Source of the DNA: an uncultured Eubacteriaceae bacterium
Lineage (GTDB): Bacteria > Bacillota > Clostridia > Eubacteriales > UBA1433
DNA: 64,000 nt
NCBI GenBank assembly: GCA_964581565.1
Contig: CAZOOZ010000004.1
Coordinates: 5,693-69,692 of the forward strand
Direction of reading: 5' to 3'
The notes under the pieces were generated by a model. The model did no database searches, had not been told where the DNA came from, and was given only the letters and a program-made list of their open reading frames with translations. Position numbers and translations under genes: made by a program. Within the stretch, counting starts at the first letter, position 1. Each line of letters begins with the position of its first letter. This document shows positions 56,780 through 64,000 of this stretch, one piece after another.

Positions 56780-57826
56780 TTATTTTTTATTAAAGTATGT
56801 TTTTAAATTAATAGGTGCAAATATACCTCTATCGGTAACAATTCCATCGCAAAGCTTTGGTGGCGTAATATCAAATGCCGGATAAAAACCTTGAACGCCG
56901 TCCATAGTTGTTTTTGTGCCTAATGTATCCATTGTCAGCGAAGGATCACGCAGTTCGATCTTGACGGAATTGATATTGGGATGTGCCGGATTTGGGATTC
57001 CCGTTACCAAATATGGAATGCCCCAATAACTGGCTGCCAATGCAATCTGGAATGTACCGACTTTATTTACAACATAACCATCCATAGTGATCACATCGGC
57101 AGCCGAGGTAAATAAATCCACTTTTTTTTCATGCATCACATAGCCAGGCATATTATCTGTAATCACAGTAACATCAAAGCCCATATCGCAGGCGACACTG
57201 GCTGTAAGGCGTGCTCCTTGGTAATATGGGCGTGTTTCAGGACAAATCATCTTAATCGAGTTTCCTCTTTCTCGACATTCATGCAGTAATGTACCGATGA
57301 TTGTTTCGCCAAAACATTGTGTCATAACAGTGCCGTTGCAAGGCACATGATCAGCTAAGTATTTAGCTATAACATGATGCTTTTTATAATTATTATTGAT
57401 AAAATTGAAGGCATAATCAAATACAGCATCTACTAATTTTTGACCAGTTTCCCCTGTCTCCAGTTTTCCTCTCACTATTTTCATCGCACCTTCTACTACC
57501 CGTTTCATTTTTTCAACGGTAGTAGGGCGAGCGTGGGATAATGTGTATGAAGCTTTTTCCATAAAGTGAAGAATATCTTTTTCGTCCTTTTGCATTGCTT
57601 CGTAAGCGGCAAGAGCCATACCCATAGCTGCTGCTGTGTAAGGTCCGGCGCTTTGAGTAACCATATCGGCTATAGCTTGTGCTACCTCTTCATGTGTAGT
57701 ACAAGTTACATATTTTGTTTCCATAGGATATATACGACGATCAAGGATACGTACCTTGCCGTTCTCATACCATGCTACATTTTCATAACGCAGCATAAAT
57801 GCCATTCCTTCATCATATCTGATCAT
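56780..57826 (-). CDS. MtnA/eIF-2B-family sugar-1-phosphate isomerase (methylthioribose-1-P / 5-deoxyribose-1-P isomerase-like)
   Basis: 349 aa from ATG 57826, after an AAGGAGG RBS. eIF-2B alpha/beta/delta fold features, last gene of a kinase-aldolase-isomerase cluster. The usual MtnA VRGAPAIG block is replaced by TQSAGPYTA. Confidence 0.8.
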   Translation of the reverse strand: MIRYDEGMAFMLRYENVAWYENGKVRILDRRIYPMETKYVTCTTHEEVAQAIADMVTQSAGPYTAAAMGMALAAYEAMQKDEKDILHFMEKASYTLSHARPTTVEKMKRVVEGAMKIVRGKLETGETGQKLVDAVFDYAFNFINNNYKKHHVIAKYLADHVPCNGTVMTQCFGETIIGTLLHECRERGNSIKMICPETRPYYQGARLTASVACDMGFDVTVITDNMPGYVMHEKKVDLFTSAADVITMDGYVVNKVGTFQIALAASYWGIPYLVTGIPNPAHPNINSVKIELRDPSLTMDTLGTKTTMDGVQGFYPAFDITPPKLCDGIVTDRGIFAPINLKTYFNKK

Positions 57827-57907
57827 ATAGTATTGCCTCCTTGTATGCTCTTTGGAGGATAACATGTATAAATACGCATAATAATTATAATACTCCTCTT
57901 TTAATTT

Positions 57908-58540
57908 TTATTTATTGCGATTCAGCATCATTTTTATATATTTTGTTGGTATCACTGTAACGTTTCCATGTCCTTTGGCTAAGGCATATATTTTAGCTGC
58001 ATCTTCTACATAAACGGCTCGGATATGTGCCTGAGACAAATTTGAGCCAACGGCTACTGCTCCGTGATTGGCAAGTAAGCATGAATTTCGATCTGTAAGC
58101 TTTTTTATGGCTTGCGTTCCAACATCAGAAGTGCCGGGAAGAGCAAACTCAGCCACCTGAATATCTCCTCCAAGAAAAGGAACCATTTCAATTAAAATAA
58201 CGGGGATTGTTTCGTTGCTTACGGCAAAAGATGTCGCATAAGGAGAATGTGTATGAACAATAGCGCGAATTTCTGGTTTGGCATTATAGATTTCGGCATG
58301 CATTCGCCATTCTGAAGATGGACGGCGATCTCCTTGTAAAATTGTTCCATCCAGTTTGAGTACCATTATATCTTTGATACTCATTGTAGCATAAGAAACA
58401 GAACTTGGTGTAATGACTATGATTCCGCTCTGTGGATCATAGGTACTTAAATTCCCGCTTGTACCGGCAAACAAAGCTTCATCAAAAGATTGCTTGGCAT
58501 AAGTTAATAATTCTTGTTTTTTTTGTATATAATCATCCAT
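57908..58540 (-). CDS. class II aldolase/adducin-family protein (FucA-like; candidate 5-deoxyribulose-1-P / methylthioribulose-1-P aldolase)
   Basis: 210 aa with the GTSGNLS, PSSEWRMHAEIY, VHTHSPYAT and NHGAVAVG blocks of class II aldolases. Confidence 0.85.
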   Translation of the reverse strand: MDDYIQKKQELLTYAKQSFDEALFAGTSGNLSTYDPQSGIIVITPSSVSYATMSIKDIMVLKLDGTILQGDRRPSSEWRMHAEIYNAKPEIRAIVHTHSPYATSFAVSNETIPVILIEMVPFLGGDIQVAEFALPGTSDVGTQAIKKLTDRNSCLLANHGAVAVGSNLSQAHIRAVYVEDAAKIYALAKGHGNVTVIPTKYIKMMLNRNK

Positions 58541-58558
58541 GCTTATTTTCTCTCCTTA

Positions 58559-59791
58559 TCAAAGTTTTTTTGCTTTCTTTGCGGCTAATCGGATGGTTGT
58601 GACATAATCTGCGCCATTATGATATGCTTTGAATCTATTCTTGATACATTCTTTTGCTGTTAAAACACAGATACGTTCAGCCAGAATGCGCTTACTTTCA
58701 TCTTCTATTCCTGCAATATCTTTCACCTTTGCTGTTCCGATTACACGTCGATTAAGTTCACAACCTGCCACACCTGCACTATCTGCAAGTAAGCTTTTTA
58801 CATACCACTCTATGAATCCGGAGGTCTTGGCGATGGCATCGGTGGTCTCTTCTTTTAATATTTTTATTGCTTTTTCTTTAAACAGGTCGACTATTTGAAT
58901 AATGCTTTCTTCAACCCATAATACAAAAGTATTTTTTTCTTTGCCTTCCTGCATAGTAACTTCTGCATTGACCCATGCAAAAATTAAATTTGCAAGAAGG
59001 TTGCCAATATCATATCCGCTGGGTGCATAGCAAGCAAATTCAGGATCTAATACTTTTGTGGAGCCGGGTTTTATCATAATAGATCCTGTATGTAAATCAC
59101 CGTGAATAAGAGCTTGTGTGTTGGATTTAAACGCTTCTTTTAGCTTTGCTATTTCTAAATGCAATTCTTTGTCGTCGTAAAGTTCCTTTTTTAGGAATTT
59201 TTTATTCGGCTCGAATTCTTTGTTGAGACCCAAGGTATTCAAATAAGGCTCTGTATATACTAATCGCTCGGTTATCTCGCATAATTCCGGATTAATAAAT
59301 TTCTTTACCATTTCTTTTTTTTCCTGGGGTCTGATAATGCTATCTGTAGTCCTAATCAGCGTATTCGCTAAAAAAGTGGTAATTTGTTCTGAAAAACCCG
59401 GAAAAATTTTATGTGCGATCATTGCGTAGCGCATATTCTCATAGTCCTTTAAATCTTCCATACATATACAGCACATGATAGGATCATATAAATATACTTC
59501 TGGTACAAGACCCGGCGCTAATTTTTGCTGGAGCTGTAGCACTTCTGCCTCAATGCGATTATGATCCAAACCTATATCACGTTTTGAAGAACGCACCTGG
59601 ATATCTGAATGTTTAATAATTACAGATTGCCCGCTTTTTTCATCGATGACACGAAAGACAAAATTAATATTCCCGTCCCCTATTTCTTTACAGTTAAGTT
59701 GTGCAGTTGTGGAAAAGAAAGCAAGTTTCTCTTTTGCGTATTCAATAATATCTTGTTCAGTTAATTTAAAATGCTTATCAAATTTAGACAT
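58559..59791 (-). CDS. mtnK: 5-methylthioribose (or 5-deoxyribose) kinase
   Basis: 410 aa from ATG 59791. EIGDGNINFVF and LIHGDLHTGSIM...DPEFACYAPSGYDIG blocks are typical of MtnK. Confidence 0.88.
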   Translation of the reverse strand: MSKFDKHFKLTEQDIIEYAKEKLAFFSTTAQLNCKEIGDGNINFVFRVIDEKSGQSVIIKHSDIQVRSSKRDIGLDHNRIEAEVLQLQQKLAPGLVPEVYLYDPIMCCICMEDLKDYENMRYAMIAHKIFPGFSEQITTFLANTLIRTTDSIIRPQEKKEMVKKFINPELCEITERLVYTEPYLNTLGLNKEFEPNKKFLKKELYDDKELHLEIAKLKEAFKSNTQALIHGDLHTGSIMIKPGSTKVLDPEFACYAPSGYDIGNLLANLIFAWVNAEVTMQEGKEKNTFVLWVEESIIQIVDLFKEKAIKILKEETTDAIAKTSGFIEWYVKSLLADSAGVAGCELNRRVIGTAKVKDIAGIEDESKRILAERICVLTAKECIKNRFKAYHNGADYVTTIRLAAKKAKKL

Positions 59792-59892
59792 ATGTATCAC
59801 CTTTGTTTTAGAAAATTAAATTTTTGTTTTCTATGTTTGTTTTATAATAGCAGTATACAGCAATGAAAGTTGATATATAATCTCAGAATAAA

Positions 59893-60300
59893 TTATGCTA
59901 CAAAAACAGTTAAAATAATGCAGCCGTAAAATCGTTGCTCACCGGTAGATATTGCTAAACGTATACTGTCATCACACGCATTTTCGTAAAATTTCAGACG
60001 ACTGCAACTGCTGATTTTTACTTTAGGAAGAAGGGTTTTGACTTCTTCCATAATTTCCGTTGTGCTGCCATCTTCGGGCATCATGACTTCAGCTGCCTCA
60101 AAATTTACGGATCCTGTTAATGCTTTTAACACATCTGTTATAGTAGGTAAACCTTTGGAAACACCCAAATATACTTTTTTTGCATTTCCGCTTTTAGAGG
60201 CAAGAGGGTAATTGCCATCCACGATTAGAATTTTATCCCCGTGACCACAAAAACTAAGGGTACTTATAATTTCAGGATTGATGCAGGAATTTTTCAGCAT
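59893..60300 (-). CDS. RbsD/FucU-family sugar mutarotase/pyranase-like protein
   Basis: 135 aa from ATG 60300, after an AAGGAG RBS. INPEIISTLSFCGHGDKILIVDGNYP is typical of RbsD/FucU. The ORF-track extension to 60408 lacks an RBS. Confidence 0.75.
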   Translation of the reverse strand: MLKNSCINPEIISTLSFCGHGDKILIVDGNYPLASKSGNAKKVYLGVSKGLPTITDVLKALTGSVNFEAAEVMMPEDGSTTEIMEEVKTLLPKVKISSCSRLKFYENACDDSIRLAISTGEQRFYGCIILTVFVA

Positions 60301-60651
60301 AAATATAGATCTCCTTAATATATTTATAAGATATGAGTATTTAGCAATAATTAATAGATCTGTAAAGTTTATTTCAAAAAAAGCATACTGGGTATTGATA
60401 TTATTCATAATATCATTCCAGTATATTTATTAACTTAGGATATTTGAATGGTTCTTGTTTATATTTATAATTAGTTTATCATAAATTTCTTTATAATCAA
60501 CTAATATACTGATATTTCAAATCTTATTTTAATATTATTTTATATATATGAATGAAAATGCATAACAAACGAATGTTATGCATTTTATATCTAAAATTAT
60601 AAAATTTAAATGACCAGACAATATTTATTGGTATTAAAGTATTAACCTATA

Positions 60652-61836
60652 TTATTCTGTTACAGTTATTCTGTTATCAACACCAGGTGGTAATTCGCCG
60701 GCTTCTTCAAGTCTGCGATATTTTTTGATGTTTTTAACACCCAATGTAAACATAGGAATGATAAGAATAAAGATGTAAATATAGCCGAGTGACGCATACC
60801 CTTTTTGAACAATAGTAAGAAGACCCAACTGAGCAACTAACCAGATAACAACCAGCCAACCAGTTGAAATAATTGCGTTTTTCAGTTTTTGATTTTCCAT
60901 CTTTTTAAAGAATATAAGTCCTAATCTGCCTTGAACCGCAAATACAAAACCGACAGATGTTGTGATCAGAGCCATGAAGAGAAGCAATGGATAAATAATG
61001 TTAAATGCAGGAATATTCAATGTTTGCACAACAAACAATGTCGGTAAAAGTTTTGCTTGTTCATCAGTTGCAACTGTAGGCATACCGCCCATGATCATGG
61101 TTACTACAAATGCAAGCATAAGTGAGTTTAATACGATACCCATAATTGCAGCACCTTTGGCTTCATTACGATATCTCATACCTGCAGCTGCTGCACAGCC
61201 CGCTGCCCAGATACCGCTTTGGAATAAGCCGTAAAGTGTGCCCCACCATAATGATTGGCCTACAGAAGTATAGATTTCATGGTTAGAAACAATCTTGGCG
61301 ATATTAGATGCGTTTGCATGAATACCGATTGCGGCGATGATGGCTACAATAATAATCATACCAACGGTAAGAATAGTTCCGAAAGTCCTTACAACTTTGG
61401 CGCCAAACAAACAAACTAGAACAGTAAGTACTAGCATTATAACTGTACCGAAGAATGTCGGCAGTCCAAAGTATTGATTAAACAATGCAGCGCCTGCGGC
61501 TAAGCACGCAGCCGGAGCAAGCAGCATGGAAATTGTTTGGATGATATCATATGTTCTTCCTAAAACTGCTTGAATCGGAACATATGCTTTGCCAACAATT
61601 TCCGAATAAGTTGATACGCCATTCAGACGACCTGTTTCCAAAGTAACATACATAAGCATGCCAACGATAAACATAGCCCAAATAGGCATAAAAGGTGCTA
61701 AGAAACCGTGTCTTACGAAATAAGCGACTTCTTGTGTTCCTGATGCAAATCCGGCTCCGCAATGCGAAGAAAACCAAACAGCAGCAACACCGATGCTTAT
61801 AGAGTTAAAATATTTTCCTTTATTAACTTTTTGCAT
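60652..61836 (-). CDS. polytopic membrane transporter (YkvI-like / APC-superfamily-like)
   Basis: 394 aa with about 11-12 hydrophobic segments. The N-terminal GAGFASGTQE motif resembles the YkvI family, recalled from memory. Confidence 0.55.
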   Translation of the reverse strand: MQKVNKGKYFNSISIGVAAVWFSSHCGAGFASGTQEVAYFVRHGFLAPFMPIWAMFIVGMLMYVTLETGRLNGVSTYSEIVGKAYVPIQAVLGRTYDIIQTISMLLAPAACLAAGAALFNQYFGLPTFFGTVIMLVLTVLVCLFGAKVVRTFGTILTVGMIIIVAIIAAIGIHANASNIAKIVSNHEIYTSVGQSLWWGTLYGLFQSGIWAAGCAAAAGMRYRNEAKGAAIMGIVLNSLMLAFVVTMIMGGMPTVATDEQAKLLPTLFVVQTLNIPAFNIIYPLLLFMALITTSVGFVFAVQGRLGLIFFKKMENQKLKNAIISTGWLVVIWLVAQLGLLTIVQKGYASLGYIYIFILIIPMFTLGVKNIKKYRRLEEAGELPPGVDNRITVTE

Positions 61837-62004
61837 AATAACCTCCGTTTAAATTTACAGTTAATAAATTTTTTATAAATAATAGATATCAAAATCTATC
61901 ATTTAAATAATGATAACGACAACATAAGATATTGTACAGATTTAGTATACTAATGTCAAGAAAAAAAATTAAAGAAAATATTTAAAGTATTCTTTATTAA
62001 ATTA

Positions 62005-62029
62005 AAGTACAGTATATTATACTGTACTT
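62005..62029. terminator. 25-nt perfect palindrome, probable terminator of the PanE-like gene
   Basis: aagtacagtata-t-tatactgtactt with 12-bp arms, 48 nt beyond the stop at 62077, in AT-rich surroundings. Confidence 0.5.
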
Positions 62030-62076
62030 ATGAAAATATTTTATCATTTTAAAAAATAATAAACATCTAATCTAGT

Positions 62077-63039
62077 TTACTTTCTGGGATACTGAATATC
62101 ATATGTATTTTCTATAATATGAGAGAGCATTACTATAGTATCATTAACCGGAGTTTCAATACCATGCTTATCTCCTTCCCTGCATACAGCGCCATTTAAA
62201 AAATCAACTTCGGTTTTCCTGAAATTAAACATGTCCTGAGCAGCGGAAGGATAATGAGGTCTTCCCATAGGCAGAGCTTCATGTTCCCAGTGATACCATT
62301 CGTTTTCATAATCAAACGGGATTCCTTTAGCATTGGCAACTTCGACGAGTTCTTTGACTATTTTGCGTTGTAGTTCTCTGCCGTCCAGTTGATCAAATAT
62401 CTGCCCCATTGTCAGCCTTGTCATTGCGCATGTTAAATTAACACAGCAATTAACAATTAATTTTTGCCATATAAAAATATCTGCTTCTGTTGAATATATT
62501 GTCTTGAATCCGCCTGCAGTTAGAATATTAACCAATTGATTGCATATTTCCAAACGTTCATTTGATATGCTATTGAAATAAATGTTAAAAACATTTTCAA
62601 TATTATTTATGTAATTTGCGTTTATTTCGCCCGGCGAAACTAACACACTGGCTAAATTTAAAACGCCGTATCCAACACGTTTAGCATCAAAAATTTCAGC
62701 TAAAATATCTGCATTGCCGACGCCGTTTTGTAGCGTAATAACAAAAGTATTATTATCAAATAATGCATTTGCATTTTCGACAGCGGATCTTGTGTACATA
62801 CCTTTAACAAGCACAACAACAACATCACATATGCCTACTTGTGAAGGATCGATTGCTGTATTCATCTTTACATATTCTTCTTTTTCGCCGCCATTTAAAT
62901 GAATCTTCAATCCTTCGTTTTTAATTTTTTCCATATGCTCTTTAAATGGGTCTACAAGCCACACGTCTGCTCCACCTTTTTGAAATCCGCTACCAATTAA
63001 AGCGCCCATAGCACCTGCGCCTAAGATTGCAATTTTCAT
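62077..63039 (-). CDS. ketopantoate reductase (PanE/ApbA) family 2-oxoacid reductase
   Basis: 320 aa from ATG 63039, after an AAGGAG RBS. Rossmann motif MKIAILGAGAMG. The gene directly follows the OFOR gamma gene. Confidence 0.8.
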   Translation of the reverse strand: MKIAILGAGAMGALIGSGFQKGGADVWLVDPFKEHMEKIKNEGLKIHLNGGEKEEYVKMNTAIDPSQVGICDVVVVLVKGMYTRSAVENANALFDNNTFVITLQNGVGNADILAEIFDAKRVGYGVLNLASVLVSPGEINANYINNIENVFNIYFNSISNERLEICNQLVNILTAGGFKTIYSTEADIFIWQKLIVNCCVNLTCAMTRLTMGQIFDQLDGRELQRKIVKELVEVANAKGIPFDYENEWYHWEHEALPMGRPHYPSAAQDMFNFRKTEVDFLNGAVCREGDKHGIETPVNDTIVMLSHIIENTYDIQYPRK

Positions 63040-63072
63040 AGTGAATCTCCTTTTCATAATTAAATTATAATT

Positions 63073-63615
63073 TTATTTTAATGCAGTGCCTTTTTTAACG
63101 CCTAACTCGAAAGCTTTTGTATTGATTGGTATAAATTGTTCTTTATATGCCATTTTTTTAAGCATCGTTTCTTTAGCTGTATTTAAATCTATATCACCGG
63201 TATATGCACATAAAAGTCCAAACATAAGGACGTTTGATACAACTTGTGAACCAGCTTCATTTGCCAAATCTGTTAAGGGCACGTTTACTAATTGTGTGCC
63301 TTCAGGTGGTTGTGCGTCTAATATTAAATTAGAGTTGACAAAGAGCGTGCCTTCTGGTTTTACTTTATTTTTAAATGCATTATAAGAGGGTACATTTAAA
63401 ACAACAACATAATTATAACTTCTGGCTGCAGGAGAACCAATCTCTTCATCGCTAATTTTTACCGTACAATTTGATGTGCCGCCACGCATTTCGCCGCCAT
63501 AAGCAGGTAAATAAGTAGCATATTTTTTTGCATCAGTCGCTGCATAGGTCAACAACTGACCTAATGTTTGAACTCCTTGACCACCGAAACCTGCTAATAA
63601 ATAACTGTTTTCCAT
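63073..63615 (-). CDS. 2-oxoacid:ferredoxin oxidoreductase gamma subunit (second paralogue)
   Basis: 180 aa with GFGGQGV and GEMRGGTSNCTV blocks, roughly half identical by eye to the 20651-21184 product. Confidence 0.88.
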   Translation of the reverse strand: MENSYLLAGFGGQGVQTLGQLLTYAATDAKKYATYLPAYGGEMRGGTSNCTVKISDEEIGSPAARSYNYVVVLNVPSYNAFKNKVKPEGTLFVNSNLILDAQPPEGTQLVNVPLTDLANEAGSQVVSNVLMFGLLCAYTGDIDLNTAKETMLKKMAYKEQFIPINTKAFELGVKKGTALK

Positions 63616-63631
63616 GCTATATTCTCCCCTT

Positions 63632-64000
63632 TCATCCTTTTAAATCGCCGATGGGATATTCTTTTAATACGATTTCGTTCATGTATTTCGGCGTATCTTT
63701 TGGGTCCATTTTCCAGTTTGTAGGGCATGCTGACATGAGCTCTATAAAGGAATATGCGCCTTCATGAAGTTGAATTTCCAGTGCTTTTTTAATGGCTTTT
63801 TTTGCTGCGAGAATATTTTTAGGTGTATGTAGAGCTTGCCTTGTTACATATTTCGGGGCTTTTAAAGCGGCAATCATCTCTGCTAATTTTATAGGGTCTC
63901 CCATTTCTTCGACACTTTTTCCATATTGGGATGTTGTAGTTTTTTGACCTGGCAGAGTTGTGGGCGCCGCTTGGCCACCGGTCATGCCGTAAACTTGGTT
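63632..64000 (-). CDS. 2-oxoacid:ferredoxin oxidoreductase beta subunit (second paralogue), 5'-truncated by the window edge
   Basis: The frame stays open to the window end. ..NQVYGMTGGQAAPTT.. and CPTNW parallel the beta subunit at 19903-20637. Confidence 0.85.
   Translation of the reverse strand, partial: NQVYGMTGGQAAPTTLPGQKTTTSQYGKSVEEMGDPIKLAEMIAALKAPKYVTRQALHTPKNILAAKKAIKKALEIQLHEGAYSFIELMSACPTNWKMDPKDTPKYMNEIVLKEYPIGDLKG

Noticed and set aside
59801-60651. SAM (S-box) riboswitch upstream of mtnK or of the RbsD-like gene
   Set aside because: The 92-nt spacer before mtnK is too short. The 350-nt region upstream of the RbsD-like gene is almost pure AT, with none of the conserved S-box GC-rich blocks. 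The only strong hairpin there (60555-60586) looks like the terminator of the upstream transporter gene.
1-64000. CRISPR arrays, long tandem repeats, IS elements or transposases
   Set aside because: Reading through all intergenic regions showed no regularly spaced direct repeats, and no ORF has transposase-like features. The repeated sequence present is limited to gene paralogy: SASP x3, Hsp20 x2, OFOR x2, and the MiaB/MtaB and MutS/MutS2 pairs.

Overview
The window looks like chromosomal core DNA from a low-GC, spore-forming Firmicute of the class Clostridia. All homology calls were made by eye from the supplied translations, with no database search.

About 65 protein genes are tightly packed, and many have overlapping stop and start codons. 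They include:
- ilvD and alaS-ireB
- prmA-rsmE-mtaB
- xseA-xseB-ispA-tlyA-nadK-argR-recN
- a murJ-like flippase
- a four-subunit 2-oxoacid:ferredoxin oxidoreductase (OFOR) operon led by a P-loop NTPase
- lysA, scpA-scpB and azlCD
- ltaE-rarA-M16 peptidase-dacB-like-mutS2
- two tandem Hsp20 genes and nusB/asp23
- three tandem alpha/beta-type SASP genes
- miaB-mutS-mutL-miaA
- a divergent lexA / yneA-like SOS module with three Cheo-type boxes
- a lone tyrosine recombinase
- tRNA-Trp(CCA) and tRNA-Lys(CUU)
- an mtnK / class II aldolase / mtnA-like cluster (the 5-deoxyribose or methylthioribose 'DHAP shunt') with an RbsD/FucU-like gene
- a second OFOR paralogue linked to a PanE-like reductase

I found no CRISPR array, transposase, prophage block, toxin-antitoxin pair or canonical defence island.

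The candidates most worth follow-up are:
1. An operon-embedded Eco57I/TaqI_C-type adenine methyltransferase homologue whose catalytic motifs are eroded. It is translationally coupled to a 68-aa membrane protein (26.8-29.0 kb).
2. A gene-orientation switch at about 54-57 kb that coincides with a lone XerS-like recombinase and an adjacent dif-like sequence. This may be a replication terminus with a single-recombinase dimer-resolution module.
3. The DHAP-shunt cluster extended by a mutarotase-like gene.
4. A SIMIBI-like NTPase leading the OFOR operon.

All four are hypotheses that need database and experimental checks.
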